64,000 nt of DNA, taken from Longimicrobiales bacterium (GTDB lineage: Bacteria > Gemmatimonadota > Gemmatimonadetes > Longimicrobiales > Gaopeijiaceae). The stretch covers positions 704,001 to 768,000 of the forward strand of contig CAXXKM010000003.1 in the NCBI GenBank assembly GCA_963664435.2, written 5' to 3'. Each line of letters opens with the position of its first letter. Within the stretch, counting starts at the first letter, position 1. Below are positions 1 to 9,650 of the stretch, in pieces. The notes under the pieces were generated by a model. It made no database searches. It was not told where the DNA came from and worked only from the letters and a program-made list of their open reading frames with translations. The position numbers and the translations under genes were made by a program.

Positions 1-2
1 CC

Positions 3-536
3 GGGGTACTCGGGCTCGGAGCCCCCGCGGAGGCGGATGCCCAACTCCTGGAAGTGGGAGAAATGGCTCCCGACTTCGAGTTGCCCGGCGCCACCCGCTT
101 CGGCGTGCTGCAGGACCCGGTTCGCCTCAGCGACTACCGGGGAGAAACCGTCGTCCTCGCCTTCTTTTTCCGCGTTCGAACACGTGGCTGAACAGTTCAG
201 ATGAGAGCGTACCGTGATCAGTACGCAAGCCTGTTCAACGAAGGTCAGAACGTCGTCGTCGTCGGGATCTCCAACGACAGCCCCGAGGAACTGGGATCCT
301 GGCTCAAGGACGAGGACTTCCCCTTCCTGTTCCTGAGCGACGCGAGCACCGAGGGCGCCACCTACGAGGCGTTCGGCGGCGGCAAGCGCGACAACAACAT
401 GGTCGACAGCCGCTCGGTCATCGTGGTGGGCCCGGACGGAACCATCGCCGGGGTGATTCCGCAGTTCGCCCAGGTGGACCCGACCGCCTACGAGGAGCTG
501 GCGGCGATGGTTGACGCCGCCACGCCGGAGCCTTAG
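3..536 (+). CDS. Peroxiredoxin (AhpC/TSA, BCP-like) selenoprotein, 5'-partial; in-frame UGA at 189-191 probably Sec
   Basis: The frame upstream of the ORF-track start is open and reads LEVGEMAPDFELPG...VRLSDYRGETVVLAFFFRVRTRG*TVQM. This matches the BCP/Prx motif FYP..FTPGCT, with TGA at the peroxidatic Cys. Downstream VVGISND..FPFLFLSD..RSVIVVGPDG is typical of Prx. Confidence 0.85.
207..226 (+). promoter_or_regulatory. Candidate bacterial SECIS hairpin for the Prx UGA
   Basis: GCGTAC-cgtgatca-GTACGC, a perfect 6-bp stem starting 15 nt after the UGA. Confidence 0.6.
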
Positions 537-720
537 GCCGGCTTCCGAACTCCACGTCCGTCCCCGGGTCACGAACAGGCCCGGGACGGACGTGGCCTTT
601 GCCTGGCTGAACGCGTTCGCATCGGGAGGCCGATGCTCGCCGTCCAGGCGGAGCCTCCGGGTCCTTTCCGAATCACGTCGCTCCAGTTACGCACCCGGGC
701 ATAGCCCTCCCTTCCTCCCG

Positions 721-1146
721 ATGTCCCCCTCCTCCTTCGTCGACCTCGTTCCCATGCTGATATGCGCCGATGTTCCCGCGTCGGTGCGCTTCTATTGCGA
801 TGTGCTCGGGTTCGAGGTGGTCGACCGGATGGACGATGTCGGCGCCACCGGTTTCGCGTCCCTTCGCAACGGCAAGGCGATGGTCATGCTGGCGAGCCCC
901 ACCTACATCCCGCGGGCTCCCAGGGTGGAGGGCCGCTACCCGCAGTCGATGTACTACTTCTACGTGGAGGATGTGGACGCGCTCCGGCGGTCGGTCGTGG
1001 ATGCCGGCTGGCCTGCGACCGAATGCGTCGACCGCTTCTACGGGCTACGCGAGTTCGAAGTGGTCGACCCCGAGGGCCACGTGCTGCTCTTCGGGCAGGA
1101 CGTCGGGGCTGGTCGGGCGGGGCATTCGTCCTCGAGGTCGAAATGA
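721..1146 (+). CDS. VOC/glyoxalase/bleomycin-resistance family protein
   Basis: Motifs ASVRFYCDVLGFEV, YFYVEDVDAL and FYGLREFEVVDPEGHVLLFGQ. ATG at 721 preferred over the ORF-track start at 511. Confidence 0.85.
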   Translation: MSPSSFVDLVPMLICADVPASVRFYCDVLGFEVVDRMDDVGATGFASLRNGKAMVMLASPTYIPRAPRVEGRYPQSMYYFYVEDVDALRRSVVDAGWPATECVDRFYGLREFEVVDPEGHVLLFGQDVGAGRAGHSSSRSK

Positions 1147-1193
1147 CCCCAAGCGACCCGGGCGGCTCGTCGCGCGGACCGTGGACGGCCCAA

Positions 1194-1275
1194 CAGTCTG
1201 CCAAAATGGCAGATTCACGGTGGCGTGAATCACGGCGGGGAATCGTCTAAGTCTAACCAGGGCTGCACGATCTGC
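1194..1275. repeat. Left ~82-bp imperfect inverted repeat (partner at 9651-9732)
   Basis: Ungapped alignment to the reverse complement of 9651-9732 gives 66/82 identity by manual count. Confidence 0.85.
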
Positions 1276-1599
1276 GTTTCTTGCCTTTAGGCCACGTTCA
1301 GTTCCGCCGTAGGCGAATGGCTGGATATTCGCCATCAGATGGCGGGAAAAATCCCGACATCGCTAACGGCCCTTCCTAGTATAGACAGACGACCAGAGAG
1401 GCCGGCAACCGTTCCGTGAGTCATTGGCAGGATGGGTAACCTACGATCCGTGCGGCCTTTTGTTGGAATCTCGCCGTTCACGGCACCTGACACAGAGTTC
1501 TCGGTCCAGGCTTGATCCAGTCGTCATCCGCGTCCGCGCGCCTCCGCAGTTGACCGGCGATATGCGTGCGGCGGTGTTCCTGCCGCCTCGGCGTCCGTC

Positions 1600-1800
1600 C
1601 CCCCGGCCTACGGGACGGTTCGAGACCGTCCCTCCCGCCGGGGTCGAGCCCCGTTCGCAACTCGGACGGAAGGATTGCGATAACCCAGGGCTTGGGGGGA
1701 GGACATTTCCTGTTCTACTCGCGAGCGAACGGGGCGGTCGCCCACCTGAACGGACGTGATCGGGCGCCCGGGCAGCTCGGCTGGGCGGGAGCCAAGGGTA
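1600..1800 (+). pseudogene. Possible degenerate remnant of a 6-bladed beta-propeller gene
   Basis: Translation SSPVRNSDGRIAITQGLGGGHFLFYSRANGAVAHLNGRDRAPGQLG loosely echoes the 'GR.G.GPGE' blade seen in the intact propellers of this window. Confidence 0.25.
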
Positions 1801-2165
1801 CAGGGTCAGAGTCGCTCCCGCACGCCGTGCGCCTATATTGGGTGCAGTGGCCGACTTGCGATGGAGGGCACGGACGCCATGAGCAGCCTGCCCGAACAGA
1901 GCATGGAATACGCCGAGGACCAACCGGAGGCCACACTGATACGGACAGAAAGCCTGCGGCATCCCGACGACCGGGCCGGCGGTGGTCAGGTCGCTCTCCC
2001 CGCCTTGCCCGTTCGGAGAGACTCCAACGGATCTGCTGTGGCGTCCGAACCGTTTGGCACGCTCATCCAGCGGTGCGCGTTGACCGAGGAGATGGCCAAT
2101 GCTCGACCGGCCAACCCAGCCGCCGGTATCTCAATGACCTTCGACAGCGACTTGGGCGTACACCG

Positions 2166-2759
2166 TTGAGTGGGCCGGAGCGGTGCGGGCGCGCAAGGGC
2201 CCTCACGCTTGGAGCCGCGTCCACCCTGGCGAGTGCCGCGGCCGACTTGGCGGAAGCGGCGGCGCATCTTGCCTATGATGCGGACTTGACCAACGCGGGG
2301 GACGCTTTTCAGGCGGCGAGCTCCGCCCTCGGCCCCATGGCGTCCGCAACATGGTCGGTCGCCAGATCGGATGAAACGTCGGCCAACCTTCGGAGTTGGG
2401 CGGCCGTAGCAAAAGCGGTCGCGGCCGCGAAGGACGCGGCAGACACCCGTCAAGCCGCGGCGGAGGTGGCGACCGACACCCTTGGGGCCGCGGGATCGAC
2501 CGCGGCAGAGACCCTCCGAGAGCGAGCGGCCGTGGGGGCCCGCCTCGCGGATGCGGTGGACGGTGTTGTGGCTGCGGTGGATGCGGTCTTGGGGGCGTCG
2601 TATAAGGTCAGGATGAGGCAGAGCTGTGAGCGGCCGTGGGGCACTCGACCACAGCGCCCGGGTGAAGATGCCGCTGAGCGGCCGATTGCCTTGGCACGCC
2701 AAGGCGCACTCGATTACCGTCAGTCGATCGACCCAAGACCGCAATCCTCAGCCCGGTGA
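2166..2759 (+). CDS. Hypothetical Ala-rich helical protein (start uncertain)
   Basis: 3' part of ORF 1566-2759 is Ala-rich and amphipathic, and ends just before the next gene. Confidence 0.3.
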   Translation: MSGPERCGRARALTLGAASTLASAAADLAEAAAHLAYDADLTNAGDAFQAASSALGPMASATWSVARSDETSANLRSWAAVAKAVAAAKDAADTRQAAAEVATDTLGAAGSTAAETLRERAAVGARLADAVDGVVAAVDAVLGASYKVRMRQSCERPWGTRPQRPGEDAAERPIALARQGALDYRQSIDPRPQSSAR

Positions 2760-2762
2760 GCG

Positions 2763-4931
2763 ATGAACGGGATTCTACGGCTGACGCTATTGGTTACGCT
2801 GCTCTTCGTGGACGCCTGCGGCGTGGTCACTCCGACGCCTGTAGGCTCGATCGCGGGGCAGATCATTATCGAGGGCGAGGGGATTGGTGGTGTGGCCGTG
2901 GCCTTGAGCAACGGCGCACAAACCGCGACGACCCCGACCGGCATGTACCGCTTCGATCACGTTGACGGAGGGTCCTACACCATCACGATCAGCGGATATC
3001 CTCTGGATGCGATCTTTGATGCCACATCGGCTGCGGCCGAGATTGTCGTGGATGGCCAGACCGTCATTGTCGACTTCCGTGGAGCGTACCTCCGCACCGC
3101 GAGTCTGATGGGGCGCGTGGCCGTTGAGGGCCATGGCGTGCCTGCGGTTACCGTGCGTCTCGCGGGCATGTCCGAGGGCCTTACCTCAACCGATGATGCA
3201 GGCCAGTTCGGGTTCCGATCTCTGCGCGCCGGAACCTATTCGGTGGAGATCTCCGATTTCGGAGAGGTGGAGTTCACGAGAACCTCCCAGTCCGTTTCGG
3301 TGGCGGTCGGCGAACCGACGGTTCTCAGCTTCGACGGCACCTTTATTCGCCGATCAAGCGTATCGGCAGTTGTCAGCGTCGAAGGCGAGCGTTTGCAGGG
3401 GATCACGCTACGCCTGACAGGTCAGGACACAGTAGCCACCGGAGTTACCCACGCGACGGGGCGACATACGTTCGCCAAGCTTCGGGCAGGCACATACACT
3501 CTCGAAATCTCAGGTTTTGACGCTGACGAGGTAGAGTTCCCCGACACCATCCGGACAGTGACGGTTGGTTTGGACGAGACCAGGAACACCGTTTTCGATG
3601 GGCGGTGGGTGCGCACGGCTGGCATCGAAGGTCGAGTGATCGTTGAGGGCATGGTGCTTGCGGGCGTGACCGTCAGCCTAACGGGTCAAGGGGAAGATCT
3701 CGCTTCGGTGACGGACAGGAACGGCCGGTACGCCTTCGCCAACTTGCGCGCCGGCAGCTACGCTGTCGAGATTGACGACCACCCGGAGGACGTGGAATTC
3801 GAGAACGTGAGCAACACAGTCGAGGTAGACGTGGGCGAGGTCGGCAACGCCGACTTCACCGGCCACTACATCCGCACCTCGGCGGTCGAGGGCCATGTGA
3901 TCGTCGAGGGCGAGGGTTTGCAGGGGATCACGCTACGCCTGACAGGTCAGGACACAGTAGCCACCGGAGTTACCCACGCGACGGGGCGACACACGTTCGC
4001 CAAGCTTCGGGCAGGCACATACACTCTCGAAATCTCAGGTTTTGACGCTGACGAGGTAGAGTTCCCCGACACCATCCGGACAGTGACGGTTGGTTTGGAC
4101 GAGACCAGGAACACCGTTTTCGATGGGCGGTGGGTGCGCACGGCTGGCATCGAAGGTCGAGTGATCGTTGAGGGCATGGTGCTTGCGGGCGTGACCGTCA
4201 GCCTAACGGGTCAAGGGGAAGATCTCGCTTCGGTGACGGACAGGAACGGCCGGTACGCTTTCGCCAACTTGCGCGCCGGCAGCTACGCTGTCGAGATTGA
4301 CGACCACCCGGAGGACGTGGAATTCGAGAACGTGAGCAACACAGTCGAGGTTGACGTGGGCGAGGTCGGCAACGCCGACTTCACCGGCCACTACATCCGC
4401 ACCTCGGCGGTCGAGGGCCATGTGATCGTCGAGGGCGAGGGCCTTGCCGGGGTGACAGTCATCCTGAGCGGCGGTCCGTCCGATGAGCGCTTCACGAAGA
4501 TGACCGACGCCGACGGCATGTACCGGTTCGAGGAACTTCGCCCCGGCGACTACACGGTCTCGATCTCCGACTTCGATCCCCGCGACTACGAGTTCGCGGC
4601 CACGTCGCAGGGCGTGAGCGTGGATCTCGACGAGACCGGCACGGTGTCGTTCACGGGCGTCCTGCTCCGCACCTCGGGCATCAGCGGCCGGGTGAGCGTC
4701 GAAGGCATGGGCCTTGGCGACATCGCAGTCACGCTATCGGGCAGGGCCGACACGAGCACAATGACCGACGCGGGCGGCCAGTACGCCTTCGCGGGCCTGG
4801 CGACCGGCGACTACACGGTCTCGATAACGGTCGAGAGCGACGCCTACGTGTTCGACTCGATGAGCACGGACGTGACGGTCGGCGGCGACGAGTCGGCGAT
4901 CGTGAACTTCGAGGGAAAGCACGTCCGTTAG
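2763..4931 (+). CDS. Secreted/lipoprotein with tandem carboxypeptidase-regulatory-like/SdrD-B Ig repeats (adhesin-like), probably C-terminally truncated
   Basis: Signal peptide with a Cys (VDACG). About 8 repeats of G.V.VEG.GL.GVTV.L.G...TD..G.Y.F..LRAG.Y. The ORF stops exactly at a repeat junction. Confidence 0.8.
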   Translation: MNGILRLTLLVTLLFVDACGVVTPTPVGSIAGQIIIEGEGIGGVAVALSNGAQTATTPTGMYRFDHVDGGSYTITISGYPLDAIFDATSAAAEIVVDGQTVIVDFRGAYLRTASLMGRVAVEGHGVPAVTVRLAGMSEGLTSTDDAGQFGFRSLRAGTYSVEISDFGEVEFTRTSQSVSVAVGEPTVLSFDGTFIRRSSVSAVVSVEGERLQGITLRLTGQDTVATGVTHATGRHTFAKLRAGTYTLEISGFDADEVEFPDTIRTVTVGLDETRNTVFDGRWVRTAGIEGRVIVEGMVLAGVTVSLTGQGEDLASVTDRNGRYAFANLRAGSYAVEIDDHPEDVEFENVSNTVEVDVGEVGNADFTGHYIRTSAVEGHVIVEGEGLQGITLRLTGQDTVATGVTHATGRHTFAKLRAGTYTLEISGFDADEVEFPDTIRTVTVGLDETRNTVFDGRWVRTAGIEGRVIVEGMVLAGVTVSLTGQGEDLASVTDRNGRYAFANLRAGSYAVEIDDHPEDVEFENVSNTVEVDVGEVGNADFTGHYIRTSAVEGHVIVEGEGLAGVTVILSGGPSDERFTKMTDADGMYRFEELRPGDYTVSISDFDPRDYEFAATSQGVSVDLDETGTVSFTGVLLRTSGISGRVSVEGMGLGDIAVTLSGRADTSTMTDAGGQYAFAGLATGDYTVSITVESDAYVFDSMSTDVTVGGDESAIVNFEGKHVR
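3391..4440 (+). repeat. Near-perfect 525-bp tandem duplication (2 copies, 175 aa each)
   Basis: 3391-3915 versus 3916-4440 are identical apart from about 3 synonymous changes (cat/cac, gcc/gct, gta/gtt). Confidence 0.95.
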
Positions 4932-5413
4932 GTCTACGCTTTTTGTTGGCAGGCCTGGCATATCCGTCCCCAAGCCCTATCTTGACAACTTCCTCAAGCT
5001 CATGGTGGTTTCCGACTGATCCGGAATGATCCGGGGCCCTCGAGGCGGCTCGCCAACGAAGGTCAGATCGATCATCCGGCGCAATCTACCGCTTGGGCTG
5101 CCAGTTGCCTTGGACGCCCAACGCCGCCTTCGCGGTACGTTGACCCAGCCCCACGAGACGCGCGACGGCGCTGCGCTCTCGCGGCGCGGCGCGGCGCGGG
5201 AAGCTGGAGGTTAACGGAAGGCGTAGCGTCGCTTTGGGCCAGACGAGGCACCGCCATCAGATGCCCGCGTAGCGGCTCGCGGAGCGCCGCCTCGACAACC
5301 TCGCGCGGATCGTCCCGCTCCCTGAGGATCTCCACCGCGCGCTACCCCGTCGTGTTATCCTCTTCATCGACACAGTGTGGAACTTCGGCGCAACCCGGGC
5401 ATGAGGATAGGAC

Positions 5414-6520
5414 TTGAAGATCGTCCACTTCGCCGACCTTCATCTGGATGCCAGATTCGCGTGGTGTGGGGCCACTGGAAACGCGGCTGGGCGCAGGCGC
5501 CAGACCCTAAGGGACACCCTGTCCAACATTGTCGGAATCGTCCACGAAGCGAACGTCGATGCGCTCTTCTGCGGAGGAGACCTCTACGAGCACAAGCGCG
5601 TGACGCCTGACACTGCGGCCTTTCTGCGGAGCACGTTCGCCGACCTCGATCCGGTGCGTGTCTACATTGCACCCGGGAATCACGATTGGTACGGGCCCGA
5701 CAGCATCTACGCCACCGAAGTGTGGAGCGAAAACGTCCACATCTTCAAAGAGCCGCGACTACGGAGAGTCGCTCTCGCCCAGGACATCACGCTCTGGGGG
5801 GCTGCGCACTGTCAGCCTGCCAACACACCTGATTTCGTCGAAGGTTTTCGCGTTTCCGGACCAGGTGTCCACATCGCCCTCTTCCATGGCGCCGAGCGCT
5901 CATGGTTCACCGAACAGGGAGGTGGCAATAGCCTCCATGCCCCCTTCGACGGCGATGCAATCCGCCGAGTTGGGCTCCAACACGCCTTCCTGGGCCACTA
6001 CCATCGGCCGAAGTTCACGGAGTACCATACCTATCCGGGAAACCCCGAGCCCTTGGAATTCGGTGAGGACGGCGACCGAGGCCCCGTGATCGCCACGATA
6101 CGGCCCGATGGCTCCGTGAATAGGGAACGACGGGATGCGAGGGTAACGGAAGCCCACGACCTTTCTCTCGATGTCACCAGCTGCGGCCACGTCGGGGAAG
6201 TCCGCTCGCGCCTCGAAAGGCTGATAGAAGGACGGTCGGGCATCGCGAGAGTGGAGATTCGGGGAGATCTCGAACCGGAAGTTGACCTGACGGAGGGCGC
6301 CTTGGGTGATGTGCTCGATCGGCGATTTGACGCGTTTCGCCTTCACGTCGGCGACCTGCGACCTGCCTACGACATCGAGGCCATACAGGAGGAACCCACG
6401 GTCCGTGGGCAGTTCGTACGGGATGTCTTGAACGATGGGTTAGGCTCGGACGAGACCCGCCGCGTCCTGATCACGGGGTTGCGTGCTCTCGGCGGACGCG
6501 ACGACTTGGACGTGCTCTGA
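5414..6520 (+). CDS. Mre11/SbcD/YhaO-like metallophosphoesterase (DNA repair exonuclease family)
   Basis: Motifs HFADLHLD, GGDLYE, PGNHD, LFHG, LGHYH and YPGNPE. TTG start with an RBS. Confidence 0.9.
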   Translation: MKIVHFADLHLDARFAWCGATGNAAGRRRQTLRDTLSNIVGIVHEANVDALFCGGDLYEHKRVTPDTAAFLRSTFADLDPVRVYIAPGNHDWYGPDSIYATEVWSENVHIFKEPRLRRVALAQDITLWGAAHCQPANTPDFVEGFRVSGPGVHIALFHGAERSWFTEQGGGNSLHAPFDGDAIRRVGLQHAFLGHYHRPKFTEYHTYPGNPEPLEFGEDGDRGPVIATIRPDGSVNRERRDARVTEAHDLSLDVTSCGHVGEVRSRLERLIEGRSGIARVEIRGDLEPEVDLTEGALGDVLDRRFDAFRLHVGDLRPAYDIEAIQEEPTVRGQFVRDVLNDGLGSDETRRVLITGLRALGGRDDLDVL

Positions 6521-9495
6521 TGCGCTACCTGCGTGTCATCGCCATGCCCTTCGGCCCGTTCCGCCATAAGCCGTTGGAGTTGGCACCGGGAATGAACGTA
6601 ATCCACGGACCCAACGAGGCGGGCAAGTCGTCGCTGCACTCAGCCCTGTACGCCGGATTGTGCGGGATTCGGAGGGCGCAAGGGCCGCCGACGAAGGAGG
6701 ACAGGGAGTTTGCCGAACGCCACAGGCCATGGAACGGCGAAGACGGCAGTTGGGCGGTCGGTGCGCTGATTGCCCTGGAGTGCGGACGCCGGATTGAGCT
6801 GCACCATGATCTGGCGACCAGGACCGGCACGGCCACGGATGCCGACATCCCGGGAAGCGATGTCTCGAACCAAGTAGTCTACGACGGGGCCGTGGATGGC
6901 TCGCGCTGGCTCGGACTCAACCGCAGATCCTTCAAGGCGATAGCTTGCGTGCGACAGGCGGACATTCTGGGTATCAAGAAGAGCGCCACTTTCCTCCAAG
7001 GTGCACTCGAGAAGGCGGTCGCCACGGCACCCGCGGATGCCTCGGTGGCTTCGGCGCTCACACGCCTCAAGCAGTATCGCAAAGAACACGTAGGTACGTC
7101 GCAAGCGCATACGAAGCCTCTACTCCGGGCCATCGAGAAGGTCGCGAGGGCACGTGCGGAATTGGCCACTGCACGAGAGAAGCGAGGGGAATACCGCGAG
7201 TGCCAAGCAAGAGTCAAAGGCCTCGGACGCACTTCCGCGAGGCATAAGCAAGCCGTCAAGGCCGTGAAAGCCGTGCAAGCTGAAAACGCAGCGAATGTTG
7301 CCAAAGGAAATCTTTGCCGGGCTCGTCGGTTGGAAACGAAGATTGCTCATGCCCCGCAGCCTCCATCGACCGAGGATTCCGAGCTTGCTGGGGAGATCCG
7401 GTACGTCCTCGACCGCTGGGAGGCGCGCCCGACGCTCGATGGCCGTTCCGGGGACCAGATCAAGAGCAACCTCGATGCCGAGAGACGCGGTGTGGCGGCG
7501 GCCCGTGCCGTTCTGGCGGAGCGCGAAGCGAAGAAGGCAAAGCATCGCTTGGCGCGCGCGAGTGAGTTGGGAGCACAGTTTCCCAATGGCCCACCTCAGT
7601 CTCCCGTCCAAGACGAGCAACTGGCCACCAACGTCATTGAAGCCTTGACGCTCTGGAAGACCCGTCCTCGGCCCCTTGATCTCGAAGGTCCTTCTGTCGA
7701 AGAGATCGACCGTGAGATGGAAACCGTACTGCGCAAGCGCACCGCAGCGCGCGCCGTTGTGGCTGAACGCGAAAGGGAACGATGGGAACGCCGCCTCATC
7801 CGAGCTACGCGAGCGAGATGGGGCGGATTCCTGCTGTTCTTGCTCCTTCTTGCCGGCGCGGCGGCTGCGGCCGTAAGCTGGGCCTACGTGCCTGCTGTAG
7901 TGCTCGCTCTCCTGTGGGGTGGATGGACGCAGTGGAGGCTTCGACACCTCCGCGACCAAGCGACCGAGAAGAGCAAGCGAACGAACGATTTAGTTCGCGC
8001 TGCTGATGAATCGTCGCTCGGGTGGGCCCGGCACACGAACATGTCCCCTGTCGATCTGGATGCGTTCGAGAGCAAATGCGCGAGTCGCCTTGTGGAACTC
8101 GATAGAAGGCGGGACGAGCGAGCTATCGCGGAAACGCGTTGGCGCGAGATGCAGCGGAGTATTGGGGGAGCGAGACGAAGGTTGGTTGGAGCGGCAGAAC
8201 GAATCGGGATATCGGGGCAAGGCGACGCGCACCTTTCCGCAGAGCTTAGGAGATGGCTGCGAGAGCGCACGAATCGCGCCTCTGAGGCGACGAGTCGCGC
8301 GATGCTTTGGGACGAGTATCAGAAGCTTCTGGACGGCCAATCCCTCGATGACGTTGAGCGAGAGGCCTCGCGCAAACGTGAGCACGCAAACGCACTGCTC
8401 GGACATCCCATCTTGGCGTCAGCAGATACCCTGCTGGCTGAGTTTCGCGCCAAGACGTCAGAAGAACTGGCTGGACTCGTACAGCAGAGCAGTCCCCGCC
8501 TTGATCGTCTCACAGAACAACTCGACCGTCGTCGGCAAGAAGAAAGGCAAGTAGCGGAGCGACAGACCGAACTGACCTGCGTTGGACACAAAGCGGGAGT
8601 GTCCGCTGACACTCTAGAGCGCTTGGTGTCGAGGTTGCGTGACTGGCTGTCGGAACATGCCGTGCGGACTCGGGAAACGGAACGGCGCGAGGAGGCTCGC
8701 GATCAACTCAGCAAACTGGTTGGTGAGCGGTCGCTGGACGAATTGGCCGAGGAAGCTGAACGCCTCCGGCGGCATGCCGAAGCCTTAGCCAAGGACGTTG
8801 ACGAAGCGGCTATCGAACAGGCCCGCGCGAGCAAGCATGATGACACGGACCTACAACGTTCTCAGACAACAGCCAGTGTCGCGGGTGCCAAATGGCAAAC
8901 TGAACGTGGAAGACTTCTGGAACTTAGGGACAACCTGACCGACGTGGCCGACGCTGAAGACGCATTAGCAGAGGCTAAGCGTGAAGAGATGCGCGTCAAG
9001 CGCCTCCGCGACACGCTCGACCGGACGATCACGTACATCAAGACCGCGCAAGAGAGGGTCTTCCGCACCATAGCACCCACCTTGAGAGACACCCTACTTG
9101 AGTGGCTGCCCGAAGTTACGGAGGGTCGCTACACAGACTGCCGAATCGACCCGGAGACCCTCGAAGTGAGTGTCAGAGCCGACGAGACCAGAGCACCGTG
9201 GCAGAACGCGACGCTTCTCTCGCATGGTACTGCGGAGCAGGTCTACCTCCTTCTTCGACCGGCCTTGTCGCGTCATCTCGTCAAGCCACGTGAGAGATGT
9301 CCGCTCATCTTCGATGATCCGGTGGCGTCCAGCGACGCGTCACGAAAGCAGAGCGTATTGGAAGTGCTGCGCAACATCAGCGAATCGGTCCAAGTGATCC
9401 TCTTCACTCATGACCAAGACGTTCGAGCGTGGGCGAGCGCAAGGCTGTTGGGAAGTCGGCATCGCGTGGTCGATCTGAAGCCTAGTCGCAGATGA
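6520..9495 (+). CDS. Rad50/SMC-like ATPase (YhaN-like) with long coiled coil and central TM hairpin
   Basis: Walker A GPNEAGKS, signature LSHGTAEQ, Walker B LIFDDP, H-loop LFTH. Hydrophobic segment WGGFLLFLLLLAG...VVLALLWGGW. TGATG overlap with the nuclease gene. Confidence 0.9.
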   Translation: MRYLRVIAMPFGPFRHKPLELAPGMNVIHGPNEAGKSSLHSALYAGLCGIRRAQGPPTKEDREFAERHRPWNGEDGSWAVGALIALECGRRIELHHDLATRTGTATDADIPGSDVSNQVVYDGAVDGSRWLGLNRRSFKAIACVRQADILGIKKSATFLQGALEKAVATAPADASVASALTRLKQYRKEHVGTSQAHTKPLLRAIEKVARARAELATAREKRGEYRECQARVKGLGRTSARHKQAVKAVKAVQAENAANVAKGNLCRARRLETKIAHAPQPPSTEDSELAGEIRYVLDRWEARPTLDGRSGDQIKSNLDAERRGVAAARAVLAEREAKKAKHRLARASELGAQFPNGPPQSPVQDEQLATNVIEALTLWKTRPRPLDLEGPSVEEIDREMETVLRKRTAARAVVAERERERWERRLIRATRARWGGFLLFLLLLAGAAAAAVSWAYVPAVVLALLWGGWTQWRLRHLRDQATEKSKRTNDLVRAADESSLGWARHTNMSPVDLDAFESKCASRLVELDRRRDERAIAETRWREMQRSIGGARRRLVGAAERIGISGQGDAHLSAELRRWLRERTNRASEATSRAMLWDEYQKLLDGQSLDDVEREASRKREHANALLGHPILASADTLLAEFRAKTSEELAGLVQQSSPRLDRLTEQLDRRRQEERQVAERQTELTCVGHKAGVSADTLERLVSRLRDWLSEHAVRTRETERREEARDQLSKLVGERSLDELAEEAERLRRHAEALAKDVDEAAIEQARASKHDDTDLQRSQTTASVAGAKWQTERGRLLELRDNLTDVADAEDALAEAKREEMRVKRLRDTLDRTITYIKTAQERVFRTIAPTLRDTLLEWLPEVTEGRYTDCRIDPETLEVSVRADETRAPWQNATLLSHGTAEQVYLLLRPALSRHLVKPRERCPLIFDDPVASSDASRKQSVLEVLRNISESVQVILFTHDQDVRAWASARLLGSRHRVVDLKPSRR

Positions 9496-9650
9496 AGTTG
9501 GGTGCGCAGCCGACGTTGCGAGAGACTGGTTCTCCAAGTGTGAACCCATGACGAAATCCATTCGAAGCCGAGATCCGCTTCCCGCCATTTGGGACGGTCT
9601 TCCCTCGGTTTCGCGATGTTGGAATCAGGTATCCTGTAACGTCGAGGACG

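Noticed and set aside
1228..1257. dif/Xer-like or integron att-like sites in the inverted repeats (gtctaagtctaac; also GTTAGGT at 4927)
   Set aside because: Only short partial matches. There is no convincing XerC arm, no attC hairpin and no integrase in the window.
1611..1791. tRNA-like T-loop hairpin (GGGACGG-TTCGAGA-CCGTCCC) and longer-range pairings suggesting a structured RNA
   Set aside because: I could not build an acceptor, D or anticodon arm. Such pairings are common in GC-rich DNA and the region also reads as a protein remnant. An Infernal/Rfam search would settle it.
5026..5340. Short ORFs between the adhesin-like gene and the nuclease
   Set aside because: No recognisable motif or RBS; cannot be supported.
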